In this document: positions 18,034 through 30,058 of the stretch, one piece after another | Layout: every line of letters begins with the position of its first letter | Numbering within the stretch: position 1 is the stretch's first letter | NCBI GenBank assembly: GCA_035473115.1 | Contig: DATION010000002.1 | Coordinates: 169,374-233,373, forward strand | DNA from: Candidatus Udaeobacter sp. | Lineage (GTDB): Bacteria; Patescibacteriota; Patescibacteriia; Magasanikbacterales; GWA2-37-8 | Direction of reading: 5' to 3' | DNA: 64,000 nucleotides | Notes under the pieces: generated by a model | What the model was told of the DNA's origin: nothing | Seen by the model: only the letters and a program-made list of their open reading frames with translations | The model's database searches: none | Program-made: the position numbers and the translations under genes

Positions 18034-21006
18034 TTACTTATTGATTTTAAAATTTGCTATTGAATTTACGATCTCGTCAAATCTGCTTTTATCGCCGGAA
18101 ATTTCTATTACATTACGGCTATTTTTAAATCCATTCGGATATAATTCAATAGATTTTCTAAAACCGCCGCTGGCTAATTCTATATTATCAAACACTTTTG
18201 CTTGATATCCGTTCCAAACTGTTGTGGTTGATAAATTAGAACTGGAATTAGCTGAGCCGTCATGCTGAGAAATAATGAAGAAATGAGTTTGATAATCCTG
18301 GCTGCTAAATTCTATTCTTTTTTCTTTATGAGAAACAGCCCACGAAGCAGGATAAAAAATACTAAATTTCACAAAACTATCTTCATTATAAATTGATTTC
18401 TGCTGATCTTTTTCTTCTGTAAATTCTTTAATTAATTCCTTTTTTAACTGAGATTTAGCCACAGCCAATTGATTAGCTATTTCTATCTGTGAATTTTGAA
18501 CGGATAGTTTGCCACCAATATTTTGGCAATTATAACCACCCAAAACAGTAACTAACCCTAATACTCCGAAAATTAAAAGCATTTTGGAAGCGCTGGCTAG
18601 TTTAATGAAAGCGTTTGGTTTAACGGCAACTTTCTTTTCCATCATGGCTATGCGTTCACGGGTTTTAAGAGTTGTATCCGGATTAAGTGAAATACTATCT
18701 ATACCCTCTTGCACCAAAAATTCAGCAAATTCCGGATAATCACTTGGCGCTTGGCCGCAAATACCGACTTTGCGCTTATTTTCATGAGCAACTTTTATTA
18801 CTTGGCGAATCAAAGTTTTTACTGCTTCATTTTTTTCATCATAAACATGACTGACCAAAGCTGAATCTCTGTCCACACCCAAAGTAAGCTGGGTTAAGTC
18901 GTTTGAACCAATACTAAAGCCGTCAAAAATCTCACAGAATTCTTTAGCCAAAATTACATTGGCCGGAATTTCACACATTACATAAACTTTTAAGCCATCT
19001 TTTCCGCGTTCCAAACCAAATTCTTTCATGGTGGCTAAAACTTTTTTACCTTCTTCTATAGTGCGACAAAACGGCACCATAATAATCAAGTTCTTCATCC
19101 CCCATTCATTTCGTACTTTTTTGATGGCCTCGCATTCAAGTTTAAATCCAGGTTTATATTTTTCATCATAGTAGCGAGAAGCGCCGCGCCAGCCGATCAT
19201 TGGATTTTCTTCTTTCGGTTCGTAATTCTTACCGCCGATAAGAGTGGCGTATTCATTGGTTTTGAAATCAGACAAACGAACAATTACGTCGTTAGGAGCA
19301 AAAGCTCCGGTAATAAAGGCGATACCTTCGGCTAATTTATCAACACAAAATTTAGCTTTATCTTTATAGCCGACTGTCAACGCATCGATCTTTTCTTTTA
19401 TATCCGGAGATTGGTCTTTGTAATTGACCAGCGCCAAAGGATGAATTTTAACAAAATTGGTAAAGATAAATTCTTCTCGCGCCAAACCAACGCCATCATT
19501 TGGTATATTGGCCAAAGAAAAAGCGCTGCTTGGATCACCAATATTCATCATTACTCTGGTGCGAGTAGCGGAAACATTTTTGATTTCGGTTTTATTGACT
19601 TCAAACGGTAATAAGCCTTTATAAATATAACCGGTGTCGCCTTCGGCGCAAGAAACTGTAATTTTTTGGCCATTTTTTATCAGTTGACGAGCTTTGGCAG
19701 CTCCGACAACACATGGCGTACCTAGTTCACGGCTCACAATAGCGGCATGAGAAGTTTTGCCGCCTTGTTCGGTTACTATGGCGCTGGCCATGCGCATAAT
19801 TGGCTCCCAATCCGGATCAGTAATGCGAGTAACTAAAACCTCTCCTGCTTTAAATTGCTTCATCTGCTTTGGCGAATTTATTACTCTGGCATTGCCTTGA
19901 CCAATTTTTTGACCAACACTTGAACCAGTAAGTAAAACTTCACCTTTCTGTTTTAGCTGGTATTGTTCAATAACATTTATCTTGGCTCTGGATTTAACTG
20001 TTTCCGATCTGGCCTGGACAATAAAGAGCTTGCCGGTAGTGCCATCTTTGGCCCATTCAATATCCATCGGATGACCATAATGTTCTTCTATGATTACACC
20101 CCATTTAGCTAACTGCAAAACTTCATCATCGGTTAAGCAATATTGTTTTTGATCGGAAGTTTTAACTTTTTCCTGTTTGGTACCAACTGCACCATAAACT
20201 AATTTAACCTCTTTACTGCCCAAATGCTTGCTGATAATAGATTTAAAGCCATTTTTTAAGCCTTCTTTAAATACATAAAATTGATCTGGAATAACCTGGC
20301 CTTTAACAACATATTCGCCCAAACCATAAGCGGCATTTATTAAAACTACGCCTTTAAAACCAGATTCGGTATCCAAAGTAAACATGACGCCACTGGCGCC
20401 AACATCGGATCGCACCATTTCTTGTACGCCCACAGACAAAGCAATGGCTGTATGATCAAAACCTTTATCTTCACGATAAGAAATCGCTCGATCTGTAAAT
20501 AGAGAGGCAATGCATTTTTTGGCGGCCAGTAATAACTCTTTATCACCGCGAACATTTAAATAAGTTTCTTGCTGTCCGGCAAAACTGGCATCAGGCAAAT
20601 CTTCGGCTGTGGCGCTGCTGCGCACAGCGACGTCTAAATTAGTTTTCTTGGCTGACTTACAAAGTTCTTTATAAAAATTCTTAATTTCTTGTTCAATATT
20701 TTTGGGAAAAGTTGCGGCCAAAATCATTTTTCTAATTTTGCTGCCGACTCTTTCTAATTCTTTAATATCTTTTTTATTCAAACCGCTTAAAACTTCTTTA
20801 ATTTTTTTATCCAATTTATTTTCACTCAAAAAAGACCGATAGGCTTCAGCTGTTAAAGCAAACCCATTTGGCACTGGCACGCCTTTGGATTTTAACTTGG
20901 CGTACATTTCTCCCAGAGAGGCGTTTTTGCCGCCTACGGAAGGAATATCATTGATGGTAAGATCTTTGAACCAACTTATATACATAGTGAATATATTATA
21001 CCACAA
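18034..21006 (-). CDS. ppsA: phosphoenolpyruvate synthase (pyruvate, water dikinase) with ~190-aa C-terminal extension containing a TM segment
   Basis: Phospho-His motif GGKTSHAAIVSRELGTPCVVG, an ATP-grasp N-domain and a PEP-utilising C-domain. After ...NPDTTLKTRERIAMMEKK the ORF continues through MLLIFGVLGLVTVLGG into an unknown domain. Confidence 0.85.
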   Translation of the reverse strand: MWYNIFTMYISWFKDLTINDIPSVGGKNASLGEMYAKLKSKGVPVPNGFALTAEAYRSFLSENKLDKKIKEVLSGLNKKDIKELERVGSKIRKMILAATFPKNIEQEIKNFYKELCKSAKKTNLDVAVRSSATAEDLPDASFAGQQETYLNVRGDKELLLAAKKCIASLFTDRAISYREDKGFDHTAIALSVGVQEMVRSDVGASGVMFTLDTESGFKGVVLINAAYGLGEYVVKGQVIPDQFYVFKEGLKNGFKSIISKHLGSKEVKLVYGAVGTKQEKVKTSDQKQYCLTDDEVLQLAKWGVIIEEHYGHPMDIEWAKDGTTGKLFIVQARSETVKSRAKINVIEQYQLKQKGEVLLTGSSVGQKIGQGNARVINSPKQMKQFKAGEVLVTRITDPDWEPIMRMASAIVTEQGGKTSHAAIVSRELGTPCVVGAAKARQLIKNGQKITVSCAEGDTGYIYKGLLPFEVNKTEIKNVSATRTRVMMNIGDPSSAFSLANIPNDGVGLAREEFIFTNFVKIHPLALVNYKDQSPDIKEKIDALTVGYKDKAKFCVDKLAEGIAFITGAFAPNDVIVRLSDFKTNEYATLIGGKNYEPKEENPMIGWRGASRYYDEKYKPGFKLECEAIKKVRNEWGMKNLIIMVPFCRTIEEGKKVLATMKEFGLERGKDGLKVYVMCEIPANVILAKEFCEIFDGFSIGSNDLTQLTLGVDRDSALVSHVYDEKNEAVKTLIRQVIKVAHENKRKVGICGQAPSDYPEFAEFLVQEGIDSISLNPDTTLKTRERIAMMEKKVAVKPNAFIKLASASKMLLIFGVLGLVTVLGGYNCQNIGGKLSVQNSQIEIANQLAVAKSQLKKELIKEFTEEKDQQKSIYNEDSFVKFSIFYPASWAVSHKEKRIEFSSQDYQTHFFIISQHDGSANSSSNLSTTTVWNGYQAKVFDNIELASGGFRKSIELYPNGFKNSRNVIEISGDKSRFDEIVNSIANFKINK

Positions 21007-21043
21007 CTATTTCTTTTGGAGAATACTGCCATTACTTACAAAA

Positions 21044-23143
<2,100 letters not shown>

Positions 23144-23159
23144 AAATTATAATTAAAAT

Positions 23160-23948
23160 TTATCGTAAAAATCCCATATACCAATTAATTATCTGACTTC
23201 CCCATAATAAAACAAAAAAAGCGCTCGCAGACAAAAAAGTGCCAAACGGTATAGCGCTGCCCAACTTTTTTTTACCGGCGGCAATAAGGAGCAACCCAAA
23301 AACAGCTCCGCTTATATAAGATAGAAATAAAGCCAGTAAAACTGCTGGCCAACCTAGCCAAACTCCCAGCATAAAGCCTAAACGCACATCGCCTCCACCT
23401 ATCCACTGGCCTTGAGAAAACAAAAATTGCGCCAAAAAAAATCCACCCGCCAGCAAAAAGCCAATCAGCATTGAAAGCAAACTAATGTGTAAATAAATAT
23501 TAAAAAATAATCCGCCTAGCGCGCCAAGCCAAATTACTTCGGGCAAAATCTCTTCGTATAGCCAATCATAAAGAAATACAACAATCAGCAAAGCGGAAAA
23601 AAATATATCTCTAAAAAAAACAACCGGCGAAATAGTCAAACTGCCCAAGCTATGCCAAGCTACCAACAAAAAAATTAAAGCTGTACTAAGTTCCACAAAA
23701 ATAAAATGTTTGGGAATCAAAGTTTTGCAAGTACGGCACTTTCCTAACAAAAATAAATAGCTAAAAACCGGAATATTTTCATACCAAGCCAGCTGCCGGC
23801 GGCAAACCAAACACATACTGCGAGTTTTGCCGATTTTAATTTTTTCATGAGTGCGCCAAACCCAGGAATTCAAAAAACTGCCCAGGATTAAGCCAAGAAA
23901 AAATATGATTATATAAGCAAATTGATTAATTAAAATTAGATCATTCAT
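23160..23948 (-). CDS. pilD: prepilin peptidase (A24 family, PilD-like)
   Basis: N-terminal Zn motif CLVCRRQLAWYENIPVFSYLFLLGKCRTCK and multiple TMs. Start taken at MNDLILI; the ORF extends to 23984. Confidence 0.85.
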   Translation of the reverse strand: MNDLILINQFAYIIIFFLGLILGSFLNSWVWRTHEKIKIGKTRSMCLVCRRQLAWYENIPVFSYLFLLGKCRTCKTLIPKHFIFVELSTALIFLLVAWHSLGSLTISPVVFFRDIFFSALLIVVFLYDWLYEEILPEVIWLGALGGLFFNIYLHISLLSMLIGFLLAGGFFLAQFLFSQGQWIGGGDVRLGFMLGVWLGWPAVLLALFLSYISGAVFGLLLIAAGKKKLGSAIPFGTFLSASAFFVLLWGSQIINWYMGFLR

Positions 23949-24042
23949 AATCGAAATGAGTGAGCAAAATACGCAGTGAAACATTTGTAAATCTCTTGTG
24001 ATCTAGAAATGTTGAATCTGTGTATTTACGAACGAATGAGAA

Positions 24043-24068
24043 TATATGAACTTTAGTTCATATATTAG
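24043..24068. promoter_or_regulatory. perfect 11-bp-arm palindrome upstream of pilD (candidate operator)
   Basis: atatatgaact-tt-agttcatatat. Confidence 0.35.
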
Positions 24069-24104
24069 CTAATTATACCATAAAAAATATAATCTGCCAG
24101 GCAC

Positions 24105-24141
24105 CAAAAAGCCCGTTCTTACGAAAGGGCTTTTTGTTTTT
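24105..24141 (-). terminator. intrinsic terminator downstream of the pilin gene
   Basis: aaaagcccgtt-cttacg-aaagggctttttgtttttt. Confidence 0.55.
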
Positions 24142-24158
24142 TAAACTTAAGTTTAAAA

Positions 24159-24605
24159 TTACGGGCTGGTATCTGCTATTCCTGAAGGGCTAAGAGTAAC
24201 TTGACCGTTTAAGTTGCTCATAGTTGTTTCTAAGACGGCAGTAACCGAATAAGTACTGGAGCTACCTGTGTAGGTATACACATTAGTTCCGGTATTTACT
24301 GGATCTGAAGGTACTTGACCCATATAAGGAGAGCCACAACCTGCAGCTGCAAATCCGCTAGCATTTAAACAAGCTAGACTTCCAGCACCCAGTGATCCGC
24401 TACCTGAAGGATAAGCGGTTTGATCTGTATAAAAAAGTTCTAAAGCAGTTTGCAGTTGTTTCAAATCAGACAAACGTCTCGCATCGCGAGCTTTCTGTCT
24501 GGCATTTCCTAAAGCTACGACAGCTAAAGTTGATAACAAACCGATAATAGCTATAACTACCAACAACTCGATCAAGGTGAAACCTTTCTTATTCATGTTT
24601 TTCAT
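24159..24605 (-). CDS. type IV pilin (prepilin with class III signal)
   Basis: [24 protein letters not shown] is the canonical N-methyl-Phe/Glu5 pilin N-terminus. Strong SD AGGGGGGTGA. Confidence 0.9.
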   Translation of the reverse strand: MKNMNKKGFTLIELLVVIAIIGLLSTLAVVALGNARQKARDARRLSDLKQLQTALELFYTDQTAYPSGSGSLGAGSLACLNASGFAAAGCGSPYMGQVPSDPVNTGTNVYTYTGSSSTYSVTAVLETTMSNLNGQVTLSPSGIADTSP

Positions 24606-24659
24606 AGTTTCACCCCCTTTCTATAAATTAGTTCTGACATATTTTTTTATATCCTTTAC

Positions 24660-24668
24660 ATTATACCA
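24660..24668 (-). promoter_or_regulatory. extended -10 (TGgTATAAT) upstream of the pilin gene
   Basis: Minus strand reads atggTATAATgtaaagg, ~60 nt 5' of the pilin ATG. Confidence 0.35.
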
Positions 24669-24677
24669 TACCCTAAT

Positions 24678-25065
24678 CTACTTTTTTGGCAACACAGCCA
24701 GGACTTTATCCACAATCTCTGATGGTTGAAAATGGGTCTTAATTAAATAATCGGCCGCGCCGCTGTCCAAGCCTCTTTGGACATCATCTTTTTGCCCTAA
24801 ACTCGTTAATAAAATTATTGGAATATTTTTAGTGGACGAATTGGCTTTGGCCGCTTCCAAAACTGCAAAACCATCCATTTTTGGCAACAGCACTTCCAGC
24901 AGCACAACATCCGGTTTCTTTTTTTTAATATCGGCCAAACCTTTTTCTCCATTGCTAGCCAAAATTACCTTAAAACCTTCCATCTCAAATTTTTTCTGAT
25001 AAATTTCCGCCAAAAAAGCGTCGTCTTCTATAATTAAAATTTGAAATTGCTTATCTTCAGCCATA
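24678..25065 (-). CDS. single-domain response regulator (CheY-like receiver)
   Basis: ILIIEDD...D(V)VLLEVLLPKMDG...K is receiver-domain Asp/Lys architecture. Start at MAEDKQ (25065). Confidence 0.8.
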
Positions 25066-25072
25066 TAAAAAT

Positions 25073-26212
25073 CTATACTGCGCGCATTGCCAAACCGATA
25101 GCCACAGACATCCGAGGCCCAATTTGACGCAAAACAGGCTTTAAACCGTCCTGATAAACTACTCTGGCCCAAGCATCACCGACATAACATTTAATCTTGA
25201 ATTTATCTTGAATATATTTTGCCAAAAACGGCATCAGGGCTATGCCGCCGGTCAAAATTATTTTTTCCGGACGCTTGCCTTCGTTGCCGGTCTGGCGCAA
25301 ATATAATTCCAGACTTACTTCAATTTCTTTAAAAATAGGATCTATGACCGGCATCAAGATATCCAGCCATTTTTGTTCGCTCAAAATATTATTATTGCCA
25401 GCGGCCAGATAATCGAACATATCATACTTAATCTGCCCAACTAGGTCGTGTTCCACGCCTAAAATATTTTGCAAAATTTTATCTATCTTATCGCCTCCAG
25501 ATTCAATACTTTGGTGCGTAATCGGCACTCCCTGATCAACTATAAAAAAGTTGGTTCTCTCTGAGCCAATATCTATAATCATTGCCACTGCCTGATCGCG
25601 GCCGATTAGGGCTCTGGCCAAAGCGGTAGATTCTGGTTCCAGAGCTTCTAATGACAGGCCCGCGCGCTGAAAAATCTTAGAATAAAATTCTATCATTTTG
25701 TGCGGCACGGCATTGAGTAAAATACGCTGAGTTTTATCTTCGGAAGAACTTTTTAAAATTTGATAATCCAAAGCCATTTCTTCTAGCGGCATAGGCAGAA
25801 GTTTTTTTACTTCCGCTTTCACCAAATGATCTAATTCATCTTTTTTGACAATCGGCAAAGTTACCACCGCGTGAAAAACAGAAGAAACCGGCAGGCTGAC
25901 TACGGCTGTTTTAGAAAGTATTCGTGAAGTTTTGCAGATTGTTTTTATAGCCGAAGCATACTTGTCTATCTGAGCTTCTGCTAATTGGTCAGTCGGAGCG
26001 GCCGTGATTTCTTTTTTGGCTGAGTTTGAGCCAACAAGACTGGCAATGTTTTTTTCTTCGTTAACTAAAAGTTTATGGACATCCTGTTTATTGGAAGTCA
26101 AGCCATAAGAAAACAAAACCGGCCTATTTTTTTCTAGGCGTAATTCAACCATTTTTATTCCGCCGGATCCGATATCAACTCCCAAATAAGATTTTTGTTT
26201 TTTCCAAAACAT
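25073..26212 (-). CDS. pilM: type IV pilus assembly ATPase-fold protein PilM
   Basis: N-terminal YLGVDIGSGGIKMVEL actin-like fold. Conserved position next to the pilin gene. Confidence 0.8.
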   Translation of the reverse strand: MFWKKQKSYLGVDIGSGGIKMVELRLEKNRPVLFSYGLTSNKQDVHKLLVNEEKNIASLVGSNSAKKEITAAPTDQLAEAQIDKYASAIKTICKTSRILSKTAVVSLPVSSVFHAVVTLPIVKKDELDHLVKAEVKKLLPMPLEEMALDYQILKSSSEDKTQRILLNAVPHKMIEFYSKIFQRAGLSLEALEPESTALARALIGRDQAVAMIIDIGSERTNFFIVDQGVPITHQSIESGGDKIDKILQNILGVEHDLVGQIKYDMFDYLAAGNNNILSEQKWLDILMPVIDPIFKEIEVSLELYLRQTGNEGKRPEKIILTGGIALMPFLAKYIQDKFKIKCYVGDAWARVVYQDGLKPVLRQIGPRMSVAIGLAMRAV

Positions 26213-26312
26213 ATTCTATATTATAGCAACAATTCCAACTTAAGTGTATAGTCTTACTTGAAAACTGGGGATAAATAAGATATGATTAGCCTATGAAAGA
26301 ATAAATTTACTT

Positions 26313-27707
26313 ATGAAGAAAAATAAAAACCAGCCTATTTTTTTGTTTAATACTCTTTCTCGCAAAACAGAGGAATTTAAAACAATAAAAAACCACCGTG
26401 TTGGCATGTACACTTGCGGACCGACTGTTTATAATTTTCAGCATATCGGCAATATGCGGACTTATGTTTTTGAAGATATTTTAAAAAAAGTTTTACAATA
26501 TAATAATTATACGGTTAAACATATAATGAATATTACCGACGTTGGCCATCTGACTAGCGATGCAGACACAGGCGAAGATAAAATGGAAAAAGGCGCGGCT
26601 CGAGAAGGCAAAAGCGCCAAACAGATTGCCAAATTTTATACAGAAATTTTTAAAAAAGATTTACAAAAATTGCAAATCTCTGCGCCAAATAAATTCACCA
26701 AAGCCACTGATTATATAAAGGAACAGATTGATTTGATAAAAAAATTGGAAACCAAAGGCTTTACTTACAAAACTGCAGACGGAATATACTTTAATACTGC
26801 CAAACTGCCCGACTACGGCAAACTGGCTCAACTTGATAAACAAGAATTAAAAGCCGGCGCTAGAGTAGAAATTGGCGATAAAAAAAATATCACGGATTTT
26901 GCTTTGTGGAAATTCTCTCCAGCCAATGAAAAGCGACAAATGGAATGGCGAAGTCCTTGGGGCACTGGTTTCCCTGGTTGGCATATAGAATGTTCGGCCA
27001 TGTCGGTCAAGTTTCTTGGCCAGCCTTTTGATATCCATTGCGGCGGTATAGATCATATTCCGGTCCACCACACCAATGAAATTGCGCAAAGTGAAGCGGC
27101 CGAAGGTAAACCACTAGCCAATTATTGGCTGCATGGCGAATTTATTTTGTTGGGCTCAGATAAAATGTCCAAATCTACCGGTAATTTTATCACTTTACAA
27201 ACCTTACAAGAAAAAAATCTGTCTCCCCTAGCCTACCGTTATTTATTACTACAGACTCATTATCGCAAACAATTAAGTTTTTCTTGGGAAGCTATGGAAG
27301 CAGCTCAAAACGGCTTAAATCATCTTCATAATATTGTTAAAAATTGGGACAAAGCTTCTGGCAGCTGCGCCAGCTATGAACAAAAATTTTTAACTGCTAT
27401 AAACAATGATTTGGATACTCCGGCTGCTATGGCTATAATGTGGGACATGATAAAAGACCCAATTTTCCCTACCTCGGCCAAGAAAAAAACTATTCTAAAA
27501 TTTGATAGCATACTTGGTTTGGGATTAAAAAAATTAAAGAAAGAAAAAGTATCTATTTCTAAAGAAATTAACGGCTTAATTATCCAACGAAACCAAGCCC
27601 GTTCTGATAAAAATTGGAAAAAAAGCGATGAACTGCGGAAAGAAATAGAAGCTGCCGGTTATAACGTGATAGATACTCCTGACGGCACAAAAATAAGTAA
27701 AATTTAA
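26313..27707 (+). CDS. cysS: cysteinyl-tRNA synthetase
   Basis: CGPTVYNFQHIGNMRTY (HIGH-class motif) and KMSKSTGN. Confidence 0.9.
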   Translation: MKKNKNQPIFLFNTLSRKTEEFKTIKNHRVGMYTCGPTVYNFQHIGNMRTYVFEDILKKVLQYNNYTVKHIMNITDVGHLTSDADTGEDKMEKGAAREGKSAKQIAKFYTEIFKKDLQKLQISAPNKFTKATDYIKEQIDLIKKLETKGFTYKTADGIYFNTAKLPDYGKLAQLDKQELKAGARVEIGDKKNITDFALWKFSPANEKRQMEWRSPWGTGFPGWHIECSAMSVKFLGQPFDIHCGGIDHIPVHHTNEIAQSEAAEGKPLANYWLHGEFILLGSDKMSKSTGNFITLQTLQEKNLSPLAYRYLLLQTHYRKQLSFSWEAMEAAQNGLNHLHNIVKNWDKASGSCASYEQKFLTAINNDLDTPAAMAIMWDMIKDPIFPTSAKKKTILKFDSILGLGLKKLKKEKVSISKEINGLIIQRNQARSDKNWKKSDELRKEIEAAGYNVIDTPDGTKISKI

Positions 27708-27708
27708 T

Positions 27709-28383
27709 ATGGAAACCAATAAACCATTTGCCGGGGATAAAAAAGTTTCTATTTCTTTATTTGGAAAATTAGAAAAAAAGCTTGTAGAAAAATACGTAGA
27801 TAAAATTCCGCAAAAAATCGAAACGTATCACCTTACTCTGTCCACTATGGCCTGGTGCGCTTTCATTGTTTTATTCGGCTACTTGGCTGGTCACTATAAC
27901 ATCCATTGGCTTTGGGGCACTTCTATCATGATAGTTTTTCAATACTTAACAGATCTGTTTGACGGAGCTGTTGGCCGGCACCGCAACACCGGCTTAATAC
28001 ATTGGGGATATTACATGGACCATTTTTTGGATTATATTTTTCTTTGCTCGATTTTAATCGGCTACTCTTTTATATATAACGACAAATATAACACTGCCTT
28101 TTTTATCCTAGTTAGCTACGGAGCTTTTATGGTAAATTCATTTTTATCATTTGCCGCCACCAACGAATTTCGAATCTCTTATTTCAAAATCGGACCAACT
28201 GAAACCAGATTAGCTTTTATTATTACCAATACTTTAATTACATTCTTTCATGGACACGTACCTCTGGCCCGCACTTTACCCTATATATTTGGTTTATCTA
28301 TCATAGGGCTAACGGCTGTTGTATATACAACTCAAAAACTTATCTGGGAAAAAGATATGAAAAATAAAAAATCTCTTAATTAG
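27709..28383 (+). CDS. CDP-alcohol phosphatidyltransferase family protein
   Basis: Motif DLFDGAVGR...G....D (DxxDGxxAR...G...D) and polytopic. Confidence 0.75.
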   Translation: METNKPFAGDKKVSISLFGKLEKKLVEKYVDKIPQKIETYHLTLSTMAWCAFIVLFGYLAGHYNIHWLWGTSIMIVFQYLTDLFDGAVGRHRNTGLIHWGYYMDHFLDYIFLCSILIGYSFIYNDKYNTAFFILVSYGAFMVNSFLSFAATNEFRISYFKIGPTETRLAFIITNTLITFFHGHVPLARTLPYIFGLSIIGLTAVVYTTQKLIWEKDMKNKKSLN

Positions 28384-28397
28384 CCAAAATTATACTA

Positions 28398-28429
28398 TTG
28401 ACAAATCAGCAATTTTGTGCTATTATAAT
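28398..28429 (+). promoter_or_regulatory. sigma70 promoter TTGACA-17-TATTAT(AAT)
   Basis: TTGACAaatcagcaattttgtgcTATTATAAT. The leader contains the palindrome tgagtttgaaactca. Confidence 0.5.
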
Positions 28430-28544
28430 TTGTTGTTTAGTGAGTTTGAAACTCATATTGACCCCAGCCGAGACAAGCGTTTCGGCGAGTCAAAGGGGTT
28501 TTAACCGCTTTCAACACACTCAGAACCATACAGAGGAGAACACC

Positions 28545-28916
28545 ATGAAGACCGCCCTTTTCGTCACGATCGTCGCCCTGGCCACCACCTTCGGGGGGTG
28601 TGTCATCGACGACATCCAGTTCCGCCCGACCTTCTGCAGCGGCGATCGGTCGCTCGAAGGTCCGTGGACCTGCAGCTGCTCCGGCAGCGCCTGCCACTCG
28701 GACGAGCCGAGCGCCCAGGATGTCGCCACGTGGAGGCCGGTCATCAAGATCGAGCCCAACGAGGAGGAGACCATGTGCGTCATGTCCGCAGAGCGACACT
28801 TCAGTGTCGACTATGCGACCACGCACATGCACGTGGAACTGGACCAATCCGGTTCGAAAAAAATGACCCTGACCTTCGCCACCGATGACGGTCGGCAGTT
28901 CACCTGCACCAGGTGA
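28545..28916 (+). CDS. small Cys-rich secreted lipoprotein, hypothetical (high-GC island)
   Basis: GAGGAG SD 6 nt before the ATG. Signal peptide with lipobox TFGGC. ~63% GC against ~36% flanks. Confidence 0.65.
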   Translation: MKTALFVTIVALATTFGGCVIDDIQFRPTFCSGDRSLEGPWTCSCSGSACHSDEPSAQDVATWRPVIKIEPNEEETMCVMSAERHFSVDYATTHMHVELDQSGSKKMTLTFATDDGRQFTCTR

Positions 28917-29000
28917 CTCCGCCTCCATCCATTTCCGCTCCGGAACGCTTGACGTTCTGCCAGCGGACGCTGTCACGACGCCTCGTGACCAACACAAAAA

Positions 29001-29027
29001 ATCCGACCTTTAAGTCGGGTTTTTTGT
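29001..29027. terminator. bidirectional intrinsic terminator
   Basis: aaaaaatccgac-ctttaa-gtcgggtttttt, between convergent genes. Confidence 0.7.
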
Positions 29028-29048
29028 TTGTTTAATTAAATTAAAGTT

Positions 29049-30008
29049 TTAATCCAGCCATTTTTTGGCTTTAAACACAGCCAACATAGCCAGCGCACCA
29101 ATAAGAACCAAAAATGATACTATCCAGAATCCAAAAGGTTGGTGCACAAATGGAGTGTCTACGGCGCCAATTGAAAAAATAGTTGCCACCAAAGTGAGTG
29201 GAAAAGTAATTACCGAAATTACCGTTAGAGTTTTCATTATTTCGTTCATACGCAAACCAACCACGGATTCGTTTGTCTCATGAAGTGCATCCACGCTTTC
29301 TTTTTGTGTTTCCAGGGTTTGCCAAATCTCATTTAAATGCTGATGGGCCAAATTAATATAATTTTGATATGATTGCAAAGATAATTCACGACCAGCGCCC
29401 GAGACAAGACGATCCAAAACCGTTTTATGGCCTTGCATAGTGCGGCGGAAAGTAACCACATTGGTTTTAAGGCGTAAAATTTCTTCAGCCATTTTCCGAT
29501 CCGGAATTTTGGTAAATAAAATTTTATTAATGGCGTTAATATCTTCGTTGACATGAAGCAAAATAGGAAAAATAGAATCCAAAAGCCGATTTAGCACTTC
29601 CAAAAATAATTGCGCGGCTGTGCCTTGGAAATATTTATCTCTGACAGCGCTGTCTTTCTGGCACTGATTAAAAAAATGTCCGATTATCGGCAAACTGTCA
29701 TCGTGGATTGATACCAAACTGCTGCCATTTAAGAAAAAATCCACTTCGGTAAAACCCAACCGGCGAGTTTTTCTGTCAAAAACCGGAAAATGCAAAACTA
29801 TAAAATAATAGCCATCGCGTTTAACCAGTTTTGGACGCTGCAGCGGCGGCAGACTTTCTTGAATCTCTTGTTTATCAAAAGAAAACCTTTTTTGCAAAGA
29901 TAATAAAGTTTTTTCTTCCTGTTTAGTTATATTAACCCACAGCAAACCTTGCTGTTCAATTTCATAAATGTACTTCATAACAAAAATATTATAGCACATT
30001 GCTGGCAA
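29049..30008 (-). CDS. corA: CorA-family divalent cation transporter (non-canonical loop: GMN replaced by AVD)
   Basis: C-terminal two-TM architecture EIMKTLTVISVITFPLTLVATIFSIGAVDTPF aligns to the CorA ...YGMNF... region. Confidence 0.7.
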   Translation of the reverse strand: MPAMCYNIFVMKYIYEIEQQGLLWVNITKQEEKTLLSLQKRFSFDKQEIQESLPPLQRPKLVKRDGYYFIVLHFPVFDRKTRRLGFTEVDFFLNGSSLVSIHDDSLPIIGHFFNQCQKDSAVRDKYFQGTAAQLFLEVLNRLLDSIFPILLHVNEDINAINKILFTKIPDRKMAEEILRLKTNVVTFRRTMQGHKTVLDRLVSGAGRELSLQSYQNYINLAHQHLNEIWQTLETQKESVDALHETNESVVGLRMNEIMKTLTVISVITFPLTLVATIFSIGAVDTPFVHQPFGFWIVSFLVLIGALAMLAVFKAKKWLD

Positions 30009-30058
30009 TGATAAAATATGCTACAATTACCTCAGCTGATTTAAGATCGAATAGCGCT

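Noticed and set aside
28437-28997. Long antisense and alternate-frame ORFs in the 28.4-29.0 kb high-GC island (28437-28997 minus, 28520-28783 minus, 28598-28888 plus, 28600-28866 plus)
   Set aside because: High GC suppresses stop codons in all frames. The lipoprotein frame has the SD, signal peptide and promoter. The others are Arg/Pro/Ala-rich junk.
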